From positions 1 through 45,949 of the forward strand of contig JAHFBW010000003.1 of the NCBI GenBank assembly GCA_023249845.1: 45,949 nucleotides of DNA, given 5' to 3'. Positions 41,889 through 45,949 of the stretch are shown here, piece by piece. The DNA comes from Candidatus Eiseniibacteriota bacterium (GTDB lineage: Bacteria; Eisenbacteria; RBG-16-71-46). The notes under the pieces were generated by a model that saw nothing but the letters and a program-made list of their open reading frames with translations, was not told the DNA's origin and searched no databases. The position numbers were made by a program, and so were the translations under genes. Each line of letters starts with the position of its first letter. The stretch's first letter is position 1.

Positions 41889-43384
41889 TGCTGCACCAGC
41901 TCCTCGCCGGCGTGGAAACGCTCGCCGTGCACGGCACCACCGACCTCGACATTCGCCGTCTCGTGCTGGACTCGCGGCAGGTGCAGCCGGGTGACGCTTT
42001 CTTCGCGCTCCCCGGTGTCCGCGCGGACGGCGTCCGGTTCGCGGCAAGCGCGGCGGCCGCGGGCGCCGCCGCGGTGTTCGGACCGCGCGGCCTTGCGGCC
42101 GCGGGGTGTACGCTCGTCGAGGTCGCGGAGCCCCGGCTGGCGCTCGCCCAGGCCGCCGGCACGTTCCACGGTCATCCGTCCCGCGCGCTGCGCGTCGTGG
42201 GCGTGACGGGGACGAACGGCAAGACCACGACGACCTGGCTGCTCGAGGCGATCGCCGCCGCCGCGGGCTGGAGCACCGGCGTCATCGGCACCACGGGCGT
42301 CCGCATCGGCGGAACGGAGCGGCCCTCGGCGTTCACAACGCCCGAGGCGCCCGAGCTCCAGTCGCTGCTCGCGGACATGGGCGCCAAGGGTGTCCAGTGC
42401 GTCGCGTTCGAAGCGAGCAGCCACGCGCTCGCGCAGCGCCGCACGTGGGGCACGGCGTGCGACGCCTGTGTGTTCACGAATCTGACGCAGGACCACCTCG
42501 ACTACCACGGCACGATGGAAGCCTACCTCGACGCGAAGCTCATGCTGTTCGACGGGCGAAACGGCGGCCGCGAGAAGCCGTGCACCGCGGTGGTGAACGC
42601 CGACGACCGGCATGCGGCCACGGTGGTCTCCGCCGCCTCGAAGGGCGGCATGCGCGTCACGCGCTTCGGATCGGTCGCGAACGTGGCCGGTCAGGACGGC
42701 GTGTCCCTGGTCGAGGTCTCGGCACGTCCGAGCGGCCTCGACCTGCGCCTACGAGAGACCGGAGATGGCGCCGAGCACGAGCTGTTACTGCCGCTGCTCG
42801 GGCGGTTCAACGCGTGGAACGCGGCGGGCGCCTTCACCGCCGCGCGCGCGCTCGGCGTGCCCGCGCGCACCTGTGTGCGCGGGCTCGAGGCGGCACCGGG
42901 CGTGCCGGGACGCCTCGAACGCGTGCCAGCCGGACAGGACTTCGGCGTGGCGGTGGACTACGCGCACACGCCCGACGCGCTCGAGCGTTCGCTCGCCGCC
43001 TGCCGCGAGCACGCGAGCGGACGCGTGCTGGTCGTGTTCGGATGTGGCGGCGACCGTGACCGCGGCAAGCGGCCGCTCATGGGTGCGGTCGCCGCAACGG
43101 GCGCCGATCGCGCCTGGGTCACGAACGACAACCCGCGGTCGGAAGATCCGGCCGCGATCGCCGCCGAGATCGTGGCGGGTGACCCCACCGGCCGGCTCAT
43201 CGTGGTCCTGGATCGCCGCGCCGCCATGGCCGCCGCGTTCGCCGAGGCGCGGGCGGGCGACTGGGTGCTGGTCGCGGGCAAGGGTCACGAGACCACGCAG
43301 ACCATCGGGACCGAAGTGAAGCCCTTCGACGACCGCGCCGTCGCACGCGAGCTCTTGGCCCTTGCACGGGGGGGACGCACGTGA
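41885..43384 (+). CDS. murE: UDP-N-acetylmuramoyl-L-alanyl-D-glutamate--2,6-diaminopimelate ligase
   Basis: GVTGTNGKTTT P-loop. DNPR motif (WVTNDNPRSEDP) indicating meso-DAP specificity. GKGHE near the C-terminus. GTG 41885 / ATG 41888 overlap the ftsI stop. Confidence 0.9.
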   Translation: MMLHQLLAGVETLAVHGTTDLDIRRLVLDSRQVQPGDAFFALPGVRADGVRFAASAAAAGAAAVFGPRGLAAAGCTLVEVAEPRLALAQAAGTFHGHPSRALRVVGVTGTNGKTTTTWLLEAIAAAAGWSTGVIGTTGVRIGGTERPSAFTTPEAPELQSLLADMGAKGVQCVAFEASSHALAQRRTWGTACDACVFTNLTQDHLDYHGTMEAYLDAKLMLFDGRNGGREKPCTAVVNADDRHAATVVSAASKGGMRVTRFGSVANVAGQDGVSLVEVSARPSGLDLRLRETGDGAEHELLLPLLGRFNAWNAAGAFTAARALGVPARTCVRGLEAAPGVPGRLERVPAGQDFGVAVDYAHTPDALERSLAACREHASGRVLVVFGCGGDRDRGKRPLMGAVAATGADRAWVTNDNPRSEDPAAIAAEIVAGDPTGRLIVVLDRRAAMAAAFAEARAGDWVLVAGKGHETTQTIGTEVKPFDDRAVARELLALARGGRT

Positions 43385-44793
43385 ACGGCCCGCGTCCAGC
43401 GCACGTGACGCTCGTCCAGCTCGCACAATGGGCGGCCGGCGATCTGGTCGTGAACGACGTGCCCGCCGACGCCACCGCGCGCGAAGCGCTGCTTCGCGAC
43501 GGCGTCTCCGGGGCCACGCTCGACACGCGCGCGATCGAGCCCGGCATGCTGTTCGTGCCTCTCCCCGGGAGCCGCACTGACGGCCACGCGTACATGGACG
43601 AGGCGTTCGCGCGCGGCGCGGGCGCCGCGCTGTGCGCGCGCGCGGTGCACGCGCGCATCGCCGAGCTGCCGCTGGGTCCGCTCGTGCTGGTCGAGGACGT
43701 CACCGCGGCGCTCCAGCGCCTTGCCGGGCGATTGCGCGAGCTGTGGCCAGGCTGGATGGTGGCGGTGACGGGCAGCGCCGGCAAGACCACGACCAAGGAG
43801 CTGGTCGCCTCCGCTCTCGCCACGGCGGGTCCCGTGCTCCGCACCGAGGGGAATCTCAACAACCATTGGGGCGTGCCGCTCACGCTCATGGGGCTGGCGC
43901 CCGAACATCACGCGGCGGTGATCGAGATGGGCATGAATCACGCCGGCGAGATCGCGGCGCTGGCGGCGATCGCCCGGCCCGACGCCTGTGTCATCACCAA
44001 CGCCGGCTCCGCCCACCTCGAGAACCTGGGATCGCTCGAAGGCATCGCGCGCGAGAAAGCGTCGCTCGCATGGGCGCTCCACCGCGGCGCGCCCGCGTTC
44101 GTGGGCGCGGACTCGCCGCGGCTCCTCGAAGCCGTGAAGGGCGCACCAGCCGAGGTCATCACGTACGGCCTCGCCGCGCGTGCTGCGGTGCGCCCCGAGC
44201 GATGGGAGGACCTGGGCGAGGCCGGCTCGCGCCTGCATGTCGCGGGATTTCCACCGCTCCATCTCCAGTTGATCGGGCAACATCAGGTCTGCAACGCGCT
44301 CGCGGCGCTCGCCGTGGCGCGCTATCGCAAGCTCGATCCCGTCGCGGTGGTGGACGCGCTCGCCGCGAAGAGGCCGCTCAAGGGCCGCATGCAAGTGCAG
44401 CACGTCGCTGGCGCGACGCTGCTCGTGGACCACTACAACGCGAACCCCGACTCGATGCACGCGGCGCTCGCGACACTCGAGCGCTGGCCGCGCGCGAAAC
44501 GCCGCATCGCGGTGCTCGGCGACATGAAGGAACTGGGTCACACCGCGGCTGATCTGCATCGCGAGGTGGGCGGCGCCGTGCGCGGCGCCGAGCTGTGGGT
44601 GGTGGGTGTGCACGCCTCGGACTACGAGGCCGGCGCGCGTGCCGCCGGAGTACATGTGCTCACGTTTCCCGACAAGCCCGCGCTCGCCGCCGCGCTTCGC
44701 GAGCAGTTGGCACCGGGGGTGGTCGTGCTGCTCAAGGCTTCACGCGGGGCAGCGCTCGAGGACATCCTGGCCGGGCTCCCGGTCGAAGCCTGA
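43381..44793 (+). CDS. murF: UDP-N-acetylmuramoyl-tripeptide--D-alanyl-D-alanine ligase
   Basis: DTRAIEPGMLFVPLPGSRTDGH, P-loop VTGSAGKTTTKE, NNHWGVPLTL, ..DHYNANPDSM.. and ..VLLKASRG. GTGA overlap with murE. Confidence 0.9.
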   Translation: MNGPRPAHVTLVQLAQWAAGDLVVNDVPADATAREALLRDGVSGATLDTRAIEPGMLFVPLPGSRTDGHAYMDEAFARGAGAALCARAVHARIAELPLGPLVLVEDVTAALQRLAGRLRELWPGWMVAVTGSAGKTTTKELVASALATAGPVLRTEGNLNNHWGVPLTLMGLAPEHHAAVIEMGMNHAGEIAALAAIARPDACVITNAGSAHLENLGSLEGIAREKASLAWALHRGAPAFVGADSPRLLEAVKGAPAEVITYGLAARAAVRPERWEDLGEAGSRLHVAGFPPLHLQLIGQHQVCNALAALAVARYRKLDPVAVVDALAAKRPLKGRMQVQHVAGATLLVDHYNANPDSMHAALATLERWPRAKRRIAVLGDMKELGHTAADLHREVGGAVRGAELWVVGVHASDYEAGARAAGVHVLTFPDKPALAAALREQLAPGVVVLLKASRGAALEDILAGLPVEA

Positions 44794-44806
44794 GGAGATC
44801 TCCCGC

Positions 44807-45898
44807 GTGTTCTACGAGTGGCTCTACCCACTACACACGGTTCACGGGCTGTCGTTCCTTAACCTGTTCAAGTACATCACGGTGCGCGCGGCGCTCGCGG
44901 CCGTGCTCGCGCTTGGCATCAGCTTCCTGCTCGGGCCGCCCATGATCGAGTGGCTGCGCCGGGTGAAGCTCGGACAGAAGGTGCGCGAGGAGGGGCCGCA
45001 GTCGCACTACGTGAAGGCCGGCACCCCCACGATGGGCGGCCTGCTCATGCTGGCGGCGATCGGCATCCCGGTCCTGTTGTGCGGCAACTTTCACAATCGC
45101 CAGGTGTGGCTGGCACTCGGCACGACGCTGTGGCTGGGCGGCATCGGGTTGCTGGACGACTGGCTGCGCGTCGTGAAGAAGCTGCCGAAGGGACTGCTCG
45201 GCCGCTACAAGCTCGCGGGGCAGTTCGTCATCGGTGCGATCGTCGGGATATGCGTGCTGTCCTGGCCCGAGCCCGGCAGCTCGCCCACGCTCACGCACGT
45301 GCCATTCTTGAAATCGTTCTACTTCGACCTCGGCTGGCTGTTCGTGCCGTTCGTGATCGTCGTCATCACGGGCGCGTCGAACGCGGTGAACTTGACCGAC
45401 GGCCTGGACGGGCTGGCCTCGGGGCTCGTGGCGATCGCGGCCATCGCGTTCGCCGGCATGTGCTACCTGACGGGCCACGCCAAATTCAGCGCCTACCTGA
45501 ACACCGGCTACTTGCCGTTCGCGGGTGAACTCACCGTGTTCTGCGCCGCGGTGCTGGGCGCCGCGCTGGGTTTCCTCTGGTACAACTGCCACCCCGCCGA
45601 CGTCTTCATGGGCGACACGGGCTCACTGTCGCTGGGCGGCGCGCTCGGCGTGGTCGCGGTGCTCATCAAGCGCGAGTTCTGGCTCGTGCTGGTGGGCGGC
45701 GTGTTCGTGGCCGAGGCGCTGTCCGTGATGCTGCAGGTGACGTCGTTCAAGCTCACCGGCAAGCGCGTCCTTCGCATGTCACCACTCCATCACCACTTCG
45801 AACTCATCGGCTGGCCCGAATCTCGGGTCGTCCTGCGCTTCTACATCGCCGGGGCGCTCTTGGCACTCCTGTCGCTGTCCACGTTCAAGCTCCAGTGA
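44807..45898 (+). CDS. mraY: Phospho-N-acetylmuramoyl-pentapeptide transferase
   Basis: ..FKYITVRA.., ..HYVKAGTPTMGG.., ..GLLDDWLRV.., ..NAVNLTDGLDGLA.., ..VFMGDTGSLSLGG.. and ..PLHHHFEL are canonical MraY blocks. GTG 44807 has GAGGAG 9 nt upstream. Confidence 0.95.
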   Translation: MFYEWLYPLHTVHGLSFLNLFKYITVRAALAAVLALGISFLLGPPMIEWLRRVKLGQKVREEGPQSHYVKAGTPTMGGLLMLAAIGIPVLLCGNFHNRQVWLALGTTLWLGGIGLLDDWLRVVKKLPKGLLGRYKLAGQFVIGAIVGICVLSWPEPGSSPTLTHVPFLKSFYFDLGWLFVPFVIVVITGASNAVNLTDGLDGLASGLVAIAAIAFAGMCYLTGHAKFSAYLNTGYLPFAGELTVFCAAVLGAALGFLWYNCHPADVFMGDTGSLSLGGALGVVAVLIKREFWLVLVGGVFVAEALSVMLQVTSFKLTGKRVLRMSPLHHHFELIGWPESRVVLRFYIAGALLALLSLSTFKLQ

Positions 45899-45949
45899 GC
45901 CTCGATCCTCGCCATCCGCTTCCCGGCACGCGTGCCCTGGTCGTGGGCG
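45895..45949 (+). CDS. murD: UDP-N-acetylmuramoylalanine--D-glutamate ligase, first 18 codons only (runs off window)
   Basis: GTG 45895 overlaps the mraY stop (GTGA). The translation VSLDPRHPLPGTRALVVG ends in the start of the MurD Rossmann motif. The call rests mainly on conserved gene order. Confidence 0.45.
   Translation, partial: MSLDPRHPLPGTRALVVG

Noticed and set aside
1-45949. Searched by eye for CRISPR arrays, IS elements or transposases, integrases, tRNA/rRNA genes, toxin-antitoxin or defence-system genes, and AT-rich islands.
   Set aside because: None was found. Composition is uniformly GC-rich except for the short patches at 2290-2320 and 37255-37300. No spaced identical repeats occur other than the 10-bp boxes at 37307-37366. 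Every sizeable ORF has a metabolic, envelope or division assignment.

Overview
Very GC-rich bacterial chromosomal segment (about 70% by eye). I call 39 protein genes. All but the first are on the + strand, and most are joined by ATGA/GTGA/TTGA start-stop overlaps. There are four blocks. (1) 1-2258(-): a secreted beta-propeller / di-haem (2x CxxCH) protein that runs off the window edge and is absent from the supplied ORF track. (2) 2.5-6.6 kb: an FMN riboswitch followed by ribD-ribE-ribBA-ribH-nusB. (3) 6.6-37.2 kb: a roughly 30 kb glycan/glycosylation supercluster fused to the rib-nusB genes without any visible terminator. It holds 13 predicted glycosyltransferases: 4 large GT-C-like membrane enzymes, 2 polyprenol-phosphate-sugar synthases and 7 cytoplasmic GT-A/GT-B enzymes. 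It also holds a UPF0104 flippase-like protein, a Wzx-like flippase, an AsnB-like amidotransferase, a FemAB/GNAT enzyme, 2 methyltransferases, an HddA/HddC-like sugar-activation pair, a UDP-uronate epimerase-like SDR, and one secreted beta-propeller protein with a T9SS/FlgD-Ig-type C-terminal sorting domain. No priming phosphoglycosyltransferase, Wzy, Wzz or Wza is visible. (4) 37.2-45.9 kb: a terminator, a promoter and six 10-bp-phased GTGG boxes, then the start of the dcw cluster: mraZ, an inserted STAS-domain gene, rsmH, ftsL-like, ftsI (with 2 PASTA domains), murE, murF, mraY and the first codons of murD. I found no rRNA, tRNA, CRISPR array, IS element or integrase. The best candidate for something undescribed is the GT-C-rich extracytoplasmic glycosylation cluster and its embedded T9SS-type cargo gene. 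The STAS insertion in the dcw operon is second. All functional calls come from motifs I recognised by eye in the translations. No database search was run.
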